From NCBI RefSeq assembly GCF_009834535.1, contig NC_045697.1:66590001-66654000 (forward strand): 64,000 bases of DNA, written 5' to 3'. The notes under the pieces are model-generated. The model saw only the letters and a program-made list of their open reading frames with translations. It had not been told where the DNA came from and did not search any database. Below are positions 26,001 through 40,190 of this stretch, one piece after another. The stretch is from Camelus ferus (taxonomy: Eukaryota). The stretch's first letter is position 1; each line of letters begins with the position of its first letter. Both the position numbers and the translations under genes were made by a program.

Positions 26001-27064
26001 TAGTATATGGTAATGAGGTTAAAGGTAATGGAAGATAGATTCAAATGTAGATGACGAATTGTGTACTTAAATTGTTCTTCTAATTATAGTAGGTTTTAGT
26101 TGATCTTTTAGTGGCGTATATAAAAAAAGAAGAAAAGTAAAAAAGTTGGTAGATCATGTTATATTCTCAAGTATCAACAGTTGGAGTGGGAAAAGTGAAA
26201 GGAATGTGTGTTGTAGTAGCAGGACTGTGAAGAAACCGTGGTCTGTGGCTCGAGTGCCGGTCACTGTAATGACTGGAGTCTAGTCTCCAGAACACCCTCT
26301 CTCTGGGGTACAACCCCAACACTGATCCAACCTCTCGCGTTTTGCATCTGCTTCATGGCAGGTGGGAGGATGTTAGGATAAAACTCAGGATTTAAAAAAA
26401 ACTTAGGTTATTAAAAAATCAACATCAAGGTACTGTTCAGAAGATTTTGGTGAGAGGAGTAGGGGTAGAGGGAGGATCAGGAAGTCATTTTGGATATGAG
26501 GGTGAGCTGAATTCCATAGGAAGGAGATGTTAAATGCTGTTTCTGATCTATGTAATTTTGCATTTTTTTTACAAATGGGTCATTTAATAAGAGTTAGAGA
26601 CTTATTAAAAGACTTAAATTGTATAGAAGTAGAGCATTTCTTAAAATTTCTTGACTGTAGATTAGGAACTTGACTTAGTTATATTAGGTCATTGCATTTG
26701 ACAAAGGAGTACTAGATCAAAGTGCTTTTATTATATTTTGAAAATACTAGTACTAGAGGTTAAAAGTCAACAAAAAGTGAAACTTAGCTTGATTGCCCCT
26801 TAATCAAATTTATTTAAATCATATCTAAAATTGTAAATCTTTGACTTATTTTTTTCTATTTAAGTATGTATTTGTTGCACACAATATTTTTAATAGCTTC
26901 ATAGTGTATGGAGGTTTGTTTTATAATTTACAACTATGTACTTCAATACAATAATTTATAGAATAATAAGAATTTTCAAGTTTATGGATGTAGTCTAGAT
27001 TAATTCAGAAATATAAATGTGGATTTAATTATTTTTACTTATTAAAACTCATAAGAATGTAGTA

Positions 27065-28250
27065 CATAATTCAAAACACAGATCTGTTCCAATTGCTTTC
27101 TACTTGAAATCTTTAGCATTTCCCATCGCCTTCAAGATAAAGTCAAACATCTCTATCATGGAAGCCTCATCTTTTTCATTTATTCATTTATAAAGCTTCT
27201 ATTTGTCCCAGTCTGCTCCCTGTCCCATTCCTTAGAGGGATTATGTCATCTTCCATAACATATCTCTGTAGCTTTTCAGAGGTTGACCATTTCTTTTCCC
27301 TAATGGAGAAAATACAGGTCGTGGGAGATGTCCACCCATACTGCCACACATTCATTCCTAAGTATTAAGGATCTTTCCCCCTTATTCTTAACATAACAAT
27401 AGTCTTGTTTAATCATATTCTGTCTCCTCTCACTCTACCTTTTTCTTCCCTGCTGACTCCTTTTTTTTTTTTTTTACGAACTTTTTTCCCTTTCCAGAAC
27501 CCATCCCTGACCCAGTGTCAGCCTCTAACTGCTTCTGTAACTCTGAAAGTTGTCTGTATTCCTGACATCGATTGTCCATTTCATTGTCGATAGCTGGAAT
27601 TGCTTTCATCAAGTCACTGATGGCTGTTGATTTGCCAAATCCCACAGACACTTGTTTCGGGTACTGGTATATCCCTTGTATCCTGTCACGCTTGCATGTT
27701 ACACATGCGGTGTTTGTTAACTGAATCACATTTTTCACTTGTATTATCTTCTCCTTATCTTATTTATATGACTTCGCCTTTTTTAGGCTCTTTTACTCGC
27801 TCCTTAAATGTCGGTGTTCTCTTAAAGGTACTGAGACCACATTCTCACTGTAGCATGATTTTTACTGTTCCCTGGATAGACACACCATTCTCAAGCATGC
27901 CTCCAAATACATAGCAGGTCTCTTACCTTGTCTCAGGTCCATATTGAAAGACTTTGATCTTTTTGTGTGTTTCATACAGTCCCAAACTCAGGATGTCCAA
28001 TTTTAACTCATGGTCAATCCATAAAGTATAGTCCTTTTGTGTTATTACCCATAAGTAGCATCTAGCTATTCAAATACTGAAACCAGGTCTAGAAACAATT
28101 CTGTAATTCCTGCTGTCTCTAATATCTTAATTTTGAGTCTTCCTCTTCTCCTTAATACTCCATTGTAGGGCCTTGGATCAGTGCCATCTCAATTTTCATC
28201 TGTAATGAACTTAATATAGTCTCTCTGCCTGCCTCTCTAGCTTTTGCTAT
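27065..28250 (+). mobile_element. LINE-2 fragments including RT-region remnant
   Basis: tttcccatcgccttcaagataaagtcaaac; ctggaattgctttcatcaagtcactgatg...ttgccaaatccca; tccttaaatgtcggtgttctc; cccaaactcaggatgtccaa. Confidence 0.7.
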
Positions 28251-31084
28251 CTATGTTTTGTTTTTTTCTCTTTTTTTAACCTAAAGAAAAAATTTTACAG
28301 TTCCATTGGGATGCATGATTTTTTTTTCCCTAGAGCAAATTGAAAATACTTGTTTGAGAGCCCTTGGAAAAACAGAATTTTTTCAAAACCTTCAAAAAGT
28401 GATGGATATTGCTCAATACATGCTAATGTTTTACATATAATTATCATATTTTTGAAGTTAGTTTCAGCTGCATACTAAGATCACAGTTTACTTCTTTATT
28501 CAGTGAAAAAGAGCTGCTCACTGTTGTTGGCTTTAGCGATGGGGAAACTAATGTGATCACGTTTCCTTGGAAGGGGCCAAGAAGTGTGCTTTGTTTCCAG
28601 TGCTGAAGGATAAGCAGAATATTAACAGAAAGGCCACTCTAGGCAGAGAGAAGACAAAAGCCAATGCTTAACGCCATGAAAAGAAGCAGGGTGAAAATAT
28701 TCTTGGAACATGAAAATAAATGTTTGAATTTACGCAAGTGCATTTGACTTACTTTTAATCAGAAGTATTGTGTAAGAAGATGGATAGTTTATGCTTGCTT
28801 AGTCACTTTAATTTCTTTAGACAGCTATTTCATCTCAGGGATTCCCAATTTGGTAGACTCCGTATAATGGATTGAATGCTGCCCTTTAATTTCTTCGTCA
28901 CTCCTAATTTCTTGTTCACACTGCTTATTTACGTAGTAGTGTGAGTCTCCATGGAGTCATTATTTAAAACTTAAATGTTAGAGCACTCTGAGGATCAGGC
29001 CAAAAAGAAAATGTATTTTAGCTTTCTGTAAAATCTCTTCAAAAAAAAAGTAAGAAAGCTATAATTTGTTTAAAATAATTTATTATTGTCTTTCACACAC
29101 ATGTACACACACATATGAAGGAGGAATACTAATTTGTATTTCTACTTGCTAGATAATTTGTAAATTACATTTCTTATTCTTTCTGCCATGTAAAAGAGAA
29201 AACCTCCATAGCTTTTCTTTTAAAGTCTAGAATCATTATTCATATATTGTATGAAAACAGTTTTACACTTTTTTTTCTTCAAATCTTTTTCCTTTATATT
29301 TCTAAGCACTAGAAGAAAGCCAGATTTTTTCCTGTGATGCTAAAATTTCTTCCAGATCACATGCTAAAATACCCTTTCCTTTTTCCCTTGAGGTCCTTCC
29401 TAAGTGATCAGTTGTAGACTTTTAAGTCTATATGGCCAGGTCTTTAATCTAATGTACTTCGTCTAAATTTAAACTATTCAGATAGCATGCATCCTCCTCC
29501 TGAATAGCTTTGCATCTGGGCTATACTTTAACCAGGGAGTTTTTCTTTTTTTCCCTTCTTTTAGATTTGACTGAAATTAGAGGTACATTCTGTCTATATT
29601 ATATGGGTTCAAAAGACCTGCTTGATTTGGAAATATCTCTCTTTTACTCATTATAAAATAGAATGGGGCTGTGTTTCTAAGTATATATGTGTTTCCTAAT
29701 TAATAACATTTATCTTCCTTGAGATCGTGTAAGCATTTCTTTAAAAAATCTAGTTTGTATAAAATGGTTCATGCTTTATATATGCTTGGCCTTTTAGAAT
29801 TTTTTTTCTAAAGATGTGAAGATGAAGGGTTATAGAGAGCAGCAGCACTTCTTTCCTCTTTGAAATGTGGTCAGTTTTTGTGTAAGGAATAATAAATACC
29901 GAGAAGAAGGAATACATTATTAGTAGTGCTTTCATGCTGATATTTAGCAAGCCTTATGGATAATAGAGTTGAAAACATACGCAGTCTACATGTTTAAAAA
30001 GTTACATTACCTATGTAAGAAATTGCAAAGGACTTCAGATTTAAAGAAAAGAAATTTATCTTACTGTTTTCAAGTCTTTTAAAATTCTATTTTTATGAGT
30101 TCTGACCAGTCTTAACTAAATTTTGCCTTTAAACCTTTGGATGAAAATTCATGTTACTTGAGTTCCTTCAGTGTGAACTTAGTGCCGTATTTGGGCTTGT
30201 TTTTGTGATTTTCTTCCACTGAAGTTGGAAGGCAGTCTTGAAGAATAGATTTTTGGCTCTCAAGGGCCATCACAGTCACACACTACTTCTTAATCACTGT
30301 GTCTGTGGAGTGTCTTGCTGATGTAGCTCTCAGTGTGTTGACTTGCCCTCCTTGTTTCCAGCCAACATTTTTGTAAATGTTTCAACCGCCTCCTACCCCC
30401 ACAAAAAAAAAACCCAAAACAAACAAAACCCAAAACTACACATTTACCGCTTGTGGTGGAGAACATCTTTACTTGGTTATGTTATTTGCGTTGTGATGAT
30501 TATGGAATTACTGCTGTAATAGAAACTGTCAACTTTAAGTTATCAGTGCACGTTCTGGATTAACAGCATCGTTAGTTTTTATTTCTTCTCAGTCCTTTTG
30601 CTTGTTTCATTGTGCCTTAGAGAGTGGAGAATTGGGAAGGAAGAGAAATGATTTAATGTTTCACCATTTAATTCAACTTTTCTTGAGTAGCTGAGAGTAA
30701 ATATAAACGTTTTTGTTACAAGGAGGCTTTTGTATCATCTGTGGATTTGATATTCTTCTGGCACAAGTAATCCTCTGTTAGCACAGTGAATTTATAATTG
30801 CTCCGACATTATTGAAAGTCTTGCAATGGATTCTGACCTGACTCTGGAAACTTTTTCTTTAAAACTGAGATGATACAAAGAAGGTTAACAGGATTCAGGA
30901 TCTGAGATTTCCCATATCAGCACTGGAAGCTGTCTTGTGATATGTTCTTGAAGAGCACTTATGGAACAGTAGAAATAGCTTTAGTTGAGGAACTAAGTAA
31001 CCTGCTTTCTCAGGTACACTCTTTTTGAATATCAGATTCTCACATGTAAATCCTTTTTTTTTTTTTTTTTTTTTGGTGAGAGAT

Positions 31085-31285
31085 ACTATGTTAAATGCTG
31101 CATGTACATTATCTTAATTATTACAGTAGGTGTGAGCTAGGCATTATCTCCATTTTACAGATGAGGAAACCAAGACTTAGAGAAAGTAAGCAGCTTGCCC
31201 AAGATGACACAGCCAGTAAATACAGAACTGGAATTCATACCTAGGGACTGTCTGACTGAAAGATCCTGCTCTTCTCTGCTCTCTC
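31085..31285 (-). mobile_element. MIR
   Basis: ttatctccattttacagatgaggaaaccaagacttagagaaagtaagcagcttgcccaagatgacacagc. Confidence 0.9.
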
Positions 31286-33339
31286 TTCTCCATGTAAAGT
31301 ACCATGTAGTTATTGTGAAGATTATGTAAGCTAATGTATGCATCCTTTATAAAGTGAGTTATTAGTCTTGGTATAGTAAAAATATGGGCATATTTGGAAT
31401 TGGAACTGTTTGTAATCCCTTCTGCTATTTTAAGGCTTTATATTTATTTCATAATTTTATATATAAATATTTTACACCTTCAGGATTGATAATATTTTGC
31501 CCATGTCATGTTTCTTGATTTATGAAGTAAGTCGTGTTATTTTTTAAAATCTTTACTAAGAGGGAAGGAAATCTATGAAAATTCCATGGATTTTTGTTCT
31601 GGAAAAAAAATCAGTAGTTTTACCTCAGAACCTTCTTCAGGATTTTCTGGACTTTAGAATTTAATAATGTTATATCATTCACTTATTTCATGCTGGAGAA
31701 CAGAATGTTTAATACTTCTCTATTCTAAAAAAAATAAGACAAGATAAACACGTTAAAAAATGTTTGATTGCCTTAGTGAGGATACTGAATAGTCAAAAAT
31801 TTTTAAACAATTTAGTTTATTACCTGTGTATACAAGCTATTTTGAGTGTTGTGCATTACTGAAATACTTTAATGCCTTCTTAATTAATATGCATTGCTGA
31901 AATACCCGAAGCTTGAATCTAGAATGCTTAAAAAATGTTAAATTGCAAGGGGAAAAGAAATGAATGCTTACTCATGTTGTAACACTTTTCTGTAATTTCC
32001 CTCAATTTCTGAGGTTGTCCTCTGGTACCTTTCATTTGGGTTAGGAATGGATTTTAAGTACTCTTGATTCCAAGTAATTTGTTTAATTGTCTTAATGCTA
32101 TCTTTATAATGATTTTAAGCTGTGCTGCTCTGCGAGCGAGTGCCCAAGGGCTGGATAATTGACATCCAGGCAGTGAGGTCTGCTTTCTCTTACTGGCCTC
32201 TTGGCAGCCTCTGTGACCTCACAAGGGCATCTAAAAAAAAAATCTTTTAACCTCTAGTAGCTTTGAAGGCAAAGTTCTAGAATATGGTTTAGGAATTCAA
32301 AAATGATAATTTAAGTAAAACTAAGATAAATACATGTTTGTAGACAAAGCATTCAAGTCTAAACTGTAGTAGAAGCTGTAGTTTAAATACCCTTTTATAA
32401 GCATAAAATTTTTTTCAATATTTTTTAAACCCAGGAGCAATATAGTGTGAAAAGTCCCTATCAACATCACATATTGAGTAATGGTTATAAGTATTTGTTT
32501 GCAATGTAAATTTTGTAATACTGTTTTTGATTAAAGGAGAAGTATATGAAATTATTAACCTTACTTTTCAGGTGGGAAGTATAGAAGTTTCTTTGTCTTT
32601 TATAAATAGTATGAATTGATGAATCTACTGCTTTTTGTTTTAATCTTATTAACACATCCATCTATTTAGCATAGCCTCAGGTAAACGTTTGGCAATCGAG
32701 GATGATCATTGATTGTCCAGTTACTTATAAATGCTTTCTGTGAGCATAAAACTGAATTCTGGATGAAGGATATAAGAAATGATCACTGCTCCTAAGAAGT
32801 TTGGAGTGAAGAAATTTAATTTGAACCAATTTAAAGCTAATGTAAGTCCATACTGGCTGTGGAAGATTTTGTAGGGTATATCTTCATTTATTGGAAACCC
32901 AACTGATTAGGTTGCCTGTGAGGTCCCCCAGGCCCACCTCACATGTGCCTAGGCTGTATTAAGAAATCTCTATCTGAATTCTATTCACCTTAAGTCAGAC
33001 TTCGTGGGTCATCACTGAGCAGTCTTGTAACAGCTATTCCTGATGGCTTTTTTCCACCTCTCTGATCTGTCTGGCCAGAGCTCTATTTGTCCTGTCACTT
33101 CAGAGACTTCTTGAGCACTGACCGCCTTACCAAAGGACCCTCAATCCACTATTCTAGTTTGATCTGGGCCACTCTTCTCTCATTTGCCTGTTGACCTGGG
33201 TTTTTTGCTTTTCTCCTTTGTGTAGGTTGGATCTCCTGTCTGGTCTTTCTCCTCCTCCTGCCTTTCTAAATCTGATCATACTATGAATTCTGACTTTGTA
33301 GTTTCATGTATGTTACTAATTACCTGTGTTTTATTGCCT

Positions 33340-34625
33340 TTAAAAAATTGTGATAGAAAATGTAAAATTTACCATGTTAACAATTTTTAAGTATACAGTT
33401 CAGTAGTGTTGTTTATTTATATTGGGCAACAGATGGTCACAACTTTGTCATCTTGTAAAACAAACTCTGCTCATGAAACAACACCCCATTTTTATCTCCC
33501 CTCAGCCTCTGGCAGCCACTGTTCTACTTTGTTTCTATGAGCCTGACTACTTTAGATACCTCATATAAGTGAAATTTTACAGTAGTTTTATTTTTTAATG
33601 ACTAGCTTGTATCACTTTTCATAATGTCCTCTGGTTTATCCATGTTGTAGCATATGACAATATTTCCTTTTTTAAGGCTGAATAATATTTGCATATATTA
33701 TATATATATGTAAAATATTCATTTACATATATAAAATGTGACCAACATTTTGTTTATCCTTTCATCCATCTGTTGGGATTTGGGATGCTTTTATACCTCT
33801 TGGCTACTGTGAATAATTCTGCTAATAAACATGGGTATACAAATATTTCTTCGAGATTCTGCTTTCAGTTCTTTTGGGTATATACTTAGAAGTGGGATTG
33901 CTGGATCATATGGTATTTCTGTTTTTAATTTTTTGAGGAACTGCCATCATGTTTTCTGTAGTGGCTGCACCACTTTATATTCCCACCGTATACCAGGGTT
34001 CCGGTTTCTCTGCATCCTAACACTTGTTATTTTCTTTTTGTTTTTTAATCGTAGTTGTAGTCATTCTCCTGAGTGTGAGGCAGTGTCTCATTGTGGTTTG
34101 ATTTTTCATTTCCCTATTGATTACTGACTTTGAACATTTTTTCCGATGCTTGTTGGCCATTTGTATATCATCTTTAGAGAAGTGTTATTGAAGTCCTTTG
34201 CCCATCTTTTAATTGAGTTTCTTTTACAGTGTTACTGTTGGTGTGTAAGAGTTCTTTATATATTCTGGATATTAAACCCTTACCACATATAATTTGCTAA
34301 TATTTTCCTCCTCTTCCCGTAATTTGCCTTTCTACTCTCTTGATTGTATCCTTTACTGTGCAGAAGCTTTGTGGGTTTGGTGGGGTTCTGTTTGTCTGTT
34401 TGCTTTGTTACCTGTGCTTTCGATGTTGTGTCCAAGAACTCATTGCCAAATCCAGTGTCATGAAGCTCTCCTTTTATGTTTTCTAGGAATTTTAGTTTAT
34501 TAAGTCTTTAAGTCTTTAATTCATTTAGAGTTAATTTTTATGTAAGGTAAGGGTCTGGCTTCATCCAGTTTTTTTCAAATGTGGATGTCCAGTTTTGCCA
34601 GTAACATTTGCTAAACAGACTGTCT
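33340..34625 (-). mobile_element. L1MB-like 3' UTR plus ORF2 end
   Basis: aaatttaccatgttaacaatttttaagtatacagttcagtag...gactactttagatacctcatataagtg...agaagtgggattgctggatcatatggta...tttgaggaactgccat. Confidence 0.92.
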
Positions 34626-36549
34626 GTTAAAATTACCTAATTTACTCATTAATCATTCTGAAGCTAACATTTATCACTGAACATTAGGCATTTTTGAAAC
34701 ACTGTGACTTTTTACACATGAGGAGATTGAAGCCCAGAGGAAGCCAGGATGAAATGAAACATGTTTATCAATTCATTAATTCCTAGTTACTTAACAATTG
34801 TGTATTATGTACCAAAACTGTTTCTGAGTGACTTGGCCTCATGTTGGCATTTTAGGCAAGACTGCCTAGTGTATTTAAGCATTTCAGTTTGATGCTCTTT
34901 GTGGAGTGATGTGATTTATGTTGATTGTGCCATTTATTAATGCTTTTTTGTGTCTGATTTGAAAGCTCAAACTTGCAATAACTTTAAAACACAGGGATAA
35001 TAAAAAAGTAAATCATTAACTTCGTCTTGACATCATAATCACATACAATTTGTTTTTCAAACTATTAAAATGTTCTATATTGTGAATCCAAATCAAGATC
35101 TCTCCTGATTCGGGGTTAAATACAGTTGTATTCTAACAAAGTTCCATTAGTAACTTTGAACTCTATGGGGAATGGATTTTATTTTGCTTTGAGACTGTGG
35201 GAATTTTATTACACTAAATCTGGCTGTCAAGTCACTGTCGGTTTAATTCAGATATTTGTTTACCTACTTAATCTGATACTGTTATAATGAAAAAAGTTAG
35301 TCTTTTTTTTTTTTTACCTTATTTGACCATTTTGCTTTTAGTCTTCTTCCTTATTCTGTCTTGTTTATGTATTTTAACTGGAAGAGCATATTCCCTACCT
35401 AATTAAGATCTAACTGTGGTTTATACAAATTTTACTAGAATGGGGTGATGTGAATAGTAACAAAAGTCTATGAAAATCCAATTATTTTTCTTGCTTTCCC
35501 TTTTTCAGTAAATAAACTTGGTTAGGAAAAATGTCCTAGATAAAAATCTAGGTTATATAATTAACTCTCAAGCTATGGCTATACTTTTATATAAGTAAAA
35601 TCTTCAGTTGTATTTAAACTTACTTAGACCTAGTATCTGCTTCTTTTCGGAAAGATACCACACAAACTTTATATGGTGTCTGTAGTTTTATTATATAGAG
35701 TACTGTATTTTCTTATGTTTACAAGCACAGAGCTCAGAAAGTTAGAGCTTTGAGGTGCTAAAGTACAAATACACTTTTTTTTCCCAATTTAATCATGCAT
35801 TGCCATTGGCTCTGCATTTGAACTGGTAAAAGATCACCCACCCTTTTCTCAAGCCAATAGATTAAAACAAATAATACATCATTTTTCCCCCCTCTGTTGA
35901 CAAGAGTGAAATTCAATCTACTCTTTCTTAGACGTGAAAGGAAGGGAAGGTCATTGCATGTTCGTTGATAAAAGTAAGGTCATAGTAATTATTAAAGAGT
36001 TTAGGATGTTTGTTGGACATCGTTGTTGCTTTTTGACATTTTGTCTTTGGGGTATGCTGAAGTTAACAGGAAGATAATATATTTTATACAAAGAATGGAA
36101 TGTACACTTGTTCCTTTAGTTATCAGTAAAAACACATAAGATAAGGAAACTGGTATAAATCAACATGACAAAGTGGTTGTGATTTGCTATATAATGAGAA
36201 AGTAACTTGTGCCTTTCATTTGAAATGTTGGCTTACACATTTAGTCTGTTAATCAAACATTTACACACTTGGTAATAACCTTTTCCCAAATATTGCTGAT
36301 ATCAACATGATAACATTTTTCAGGTTAATACAGACTAGATTAAAGAATTATGCTGTTTTCAAGCAAATCCAATCCATTATATTTTCAGGCTGATGGTTCT
36401 AGTTGGCTTCACTCATTTGAGAGGGCAAATGTGAAACAGGTGTGAGGACATCAGAGGCCCCAACCCTGAAGAGATTGACATGGACCCTAGTGATTGTTCA
36501 TTTGGAGACTTTTCTAACCAGTTTGTGCCTGCATGGAGTTACTTTTTAT

Positions 36550-36790
36550 AATGTGCTTCAGTGTTCAGACCATGTTAGAAATACTTCATATGTATTCAAT
36601 TTATATATGTATATATATATTTTTTTCAGTGTTCTTTACAGCAACTCTGTGGGGACTATTCTGTTAGTATTCTTATTTTAAAGATGATAAAACCTGAGCA
36701 CTGGAAGGTTAAGAAATCTGTCCAGGATTACATGGCTAGTAAGTGGTAGAGCTGGGATTAAATGACAGCCTCATGGTCTTTACTGCTAAA
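36550..36790 (-). mobile_element. MIR
   Basis: ttattttaaagatgataaaacctgagcactggaaggttaagaaatctgtccaggattacatggctagtaagtggtagagctgggatt. Confidence 0.85.
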
Positions 36791-38384
36791 ATTATATTGA
36801 AAACCTACAACACTATTAGAGTAATTACCCTATGACTGACCCTTGATTATCATACATCAACTGACAGCTTCAGCTGCAAACTCAAATTTTTCGTCATATC
36901 CTACCTTTAAGTAAAATTATGTATTTTACAACTATCTCTCAGTTTTTGACACCTAATTTGTTTTCAGTCAAAAACAAATGTGTAAATAGTGTTTCTGTGA
37001 AAACACCAATGTAATGACTCTCCTCTAATCTTCACAGTTGTGTTCATGTTTTTAAAAATTTAAATTACTGTAATGAAAGGTGAAGATAATATTCAGTAAG
37101 AGAGAATGTAACTTTCACCTTTTGGTTAGTTATTTAATCATCTCTTCTTACTTTCTTTTAACAAATTTTTCTGGAAAATACTGGCTTCATTATTTCATGA
37201 TTCCTGGAATATTTGCACAAAACATTAAAAGATTAATGGCAAATTCTATGAGAGGAAATAACTGCATGTTTCCTTGAAAATGAAATATTTAAGAACCTGA
37301 ATCAAATACTGTTGGAGTGAACAAGTTCACATTAACAATGTAACTGTTGTAGAGGCAGGACACGTTGGTCAGAAAATCTTCTGAGTAGAGTGTAGGAGAC
37401 CAGGGAGATGTGCACACAAGAGCTATGTTATTCTCAAGGGTATTCTGTATTATATGTCTATTTAAAGGCTCTTGGATGCCAGTCATTGTTTAATGGCTAT
37501 ATTTTTATAGCTTCCTTAAACTCTTTAGAAACAACGTACCCTTCTTTCTACTCTTCTGTGATGAAAGGTGGCACCGTCCACCTAGTGGCAGCAACCTGGA
37601 TTAGAGACCTAGGACGGAAGAAATAAGGAGGCTCTGTTAGCTTTCACATCTAAATCTCTTGATTGACAACCGGCTACGCCTAAGGTGAACAGACACCATT
37701 TTAGCATGAGACAGAAGATGTTAGATGAAGAAAAAGAACAATGGATATGAATTAACAAGTCTTAAGGATCTGGATGTCAGATAATTTGTAAGTCAATTTA
37801 GAGAGGTGCTTAATTTGTTCTTGGTAATTAGAGAATAGGTGAATTCTTAATGCAACTTGAAAAGAGAATAAGAATTTTTCACCAGGTGCTTCAGTGAGAT
37901 TGAGCCAGTTCATTTTCTGTAAGAAGAAAAAAAAAAAAAGATGAGATTGTGGAGTTGATTGACACTCGTTCTTTGTGAACATTGCAGGGTGAACTAGTTC
38001 ATAATAATGATGGAAAGATGTGCTTTATTTTCTTGTATCTTCTCTAGTAACAAATGAGCAGTACGGAGAATAAGTTATACTTTTAAATGTATTTGACTTT
38101 AATGTACTACAGTGAACTCTTTGAAAATTTTTTATATTTACATCATTGCTAAATACACTCAATGAGGTTTTCTGAAAGTTACTTAATCCATATTTTTATA
38201 GGATTCCATTGTTGGCTTAAAAATGACCATTTTAAAAGATAACAGGAAAATTTTAAATAAGAATAAATAATACAGTTTAGAAATATTACTGTTTTTTGGG
38301 CTATCAATACAACTTAATTTTTTTTCCCTGGGTTAATTATTTTGAGGTTAAGTTTTCTACGTGGTAACGTCCATAGCCACCACA

Positions 38385-39086
38385 TTATGTCATTGGACTG
38401 AAAACCACACGTTGTCTTGGGCATCAGAATCATGGACTCTCCCTCATGGGGAGAGGTGGTGTGAGAGCGGGCGGAAGCAGTAGGTCTTAATCTGGCTGCT
38501 GTTTTCTTTCCAAAGGATGGCATCTGGGGCATTGGAGGAGAGCGTCGGAAACCCCTGCAGTACCAGGGTGAGGAGTTGGGAAAACGCTTCCATCCATGTT
38601 TGAGTCTTGCTCCCAGTTTTTGATGGGCTCAGAGTTTAACCCCAAAGGAAAGAGAGGGAAGGGTCTTTTACTTGGACTTTGGATGGGGTTAGAGACCTAG
38701 CCAGATGTACTGGCTTCAGAATTGGGATTTCCTGTTAGTCAGTGAACCAGAGTAAATCAGAAAAGAGGGAGAACCTCAGCCTGTGGACTAGGCCCCCACA
38801 ATTCTGCTGGGGAAGAGGGTACCTGCAGCTCCTTTCCCTAGGGATGAATTGTAGGAGTAATCCCGACAACCGGACTAATCTCAGTCCCACCCCCCAGGAT
38901 GTAAGGTTTCTAACACAAGGCTTTGTGAACATATTGCCATGAACAATGGGAGTGCTCAGCCTGTAAGTTAAAATTTTCACTATATTCTTAAAACAGTGAG
39001 CTTGAGGGAACTGAATATAGAAACTGATAGGCATGTATTTTTTTCCAGAGACATCAGCTATCAACTGTGTTGAATTTTCTTTAACA
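38385..39086 (+). mobile_element. Ancient Gypsy-type solo LTR (MamGypLTR-like)
   Basis: GC-richer block with cctcatggggagaggtggtgtg...ttccaaaggatggcatctggggcattggaggagagcgtcggaaacccctg...gggtgaggag...gggctcagag, which resembles my recollection of the MamGypLTR consensus; 3' boundary uncertain. Confidence 0.5.
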
Positions 39087-39119
39087 TATTGTCTAGAAAT
39101 GTAATATTAGGACATTTGA

Positions 39120-39920
39120 AACATTTTATTGGTGACAATTTTATTAGTGAAAATAATTATGCTTATTGTGGAGATAGCGGAGGTAATAGGAATTCTTCAC
39201 CTCAGTGTTAGCGTTTCTACGTTCTCCCTCCATCTGTCGGCCTCCCCTCTTTAACTTGGAGTCATGTTGCCTCTGTTGTTACTGGTCCTCTAAAAAAGAA
39301 TTTTAAGTAAAGGCTGTGCACTCTTCTGTTGTATTGTGTTAGAGTGTATCTCTAGAATATATTCCTGACAGTAGAATAACTAGATCAAGAAATGGGAACA
39401 TTTTTAAGGGCTTTTAAAATGTATTGCAGAATTTCTTTTTGGATCGCTGTATAATTGATGTTTGTTTCAGAAGTTTGAGGGGACTGGTTTTATTGGTTAG
39501 AAGTATTATGAAAATCTTTGCAAATTAGATGGGAAATTTGTATTCAGTTGTTTTAATATGCTAGTCTTTTATCCCTTCTGAGGTTTCACTTTTTTTTTAC
39601 TTTTGATATATTTATTTTGATAGACATTTGTATATTTTGTGATTTTCCTGTTCACGTGTTTTCCAATTTATCTGTTGCAGTTTTAGTTTATTACTAATTT
39701 GTATGGGATCCTTATGTAATTAAATTATTGAATTTTTTGGCTCTTACGTCATATTTTTATATGTCACATTTTTATTTTGCTGCTTACCTTCAATTTAAGT
39801 GAATTTATTGAAGTATAGAGATTTCACATTGAATTTATTGAAGTGTAAAGTTTTCACGTTGTATATTCAGATCTAATGAATTTTTAAAAAATAATTTCTT
39901 CTAATTTCCAGATTTAGAAA
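39120..39920 (-). mobile_element. Old L1ME-like fragment
   Basis: agaatatattcctgacagtagaataactagatcaa...tattgcagaattt...tttgcaaattagatggga...ttcctgttcacgtgttttccaattt. Confidence 0.65.
39800..39861. repeat. 30-bp tandem duplication (2 copies, 4 mismatches)
   Basis: tgaatttattgaagtatagagatttcacat / tgaatttattgaagtgtaaagttttcacgt. Confidence 0.85.
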
Positions 39921-39949
39921 GAAAGCCCCCAAATGGCCATTTTGATGAT

Positions 39950-40190
39950 AATACTATTAATGGGGTGTGTACTATCTTTCTGGACCCGTTCTGTCATTCA
40001 CTTTTGATAGCAATCTGAGAAGGTAATTGCTGCTAGTAGCTTATTTGGTAGATGAAAAAACTAAGATATAGAGGAATTAAGTTATCTGTCTGAGATAACC
40101 CAGCAAGTAAATGGTAAAACTGGCATTTAAACTGGTCATATGGCTCCTGCTAGGAAACAGCTTTTCCTAGCAGGAGAGCCCTTCTTGAAA
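39950..40190 (-). mobile_element. MIR with internal palindromic insertion
   Basis: gtagatgaaaaaactaagatatagaggaattaagttatctgtctgagataacccagcaagtaaatggtaaaactggcatttaaac. Confidence 0.75.

Noticed and set aside
33690..33735. AT-rich inverted repeat (tatatatgtaaa...tttacatatata)
   Set aside because: (TA)n-derived low-complexity sequence inside an L1; self-complementarity is expected.
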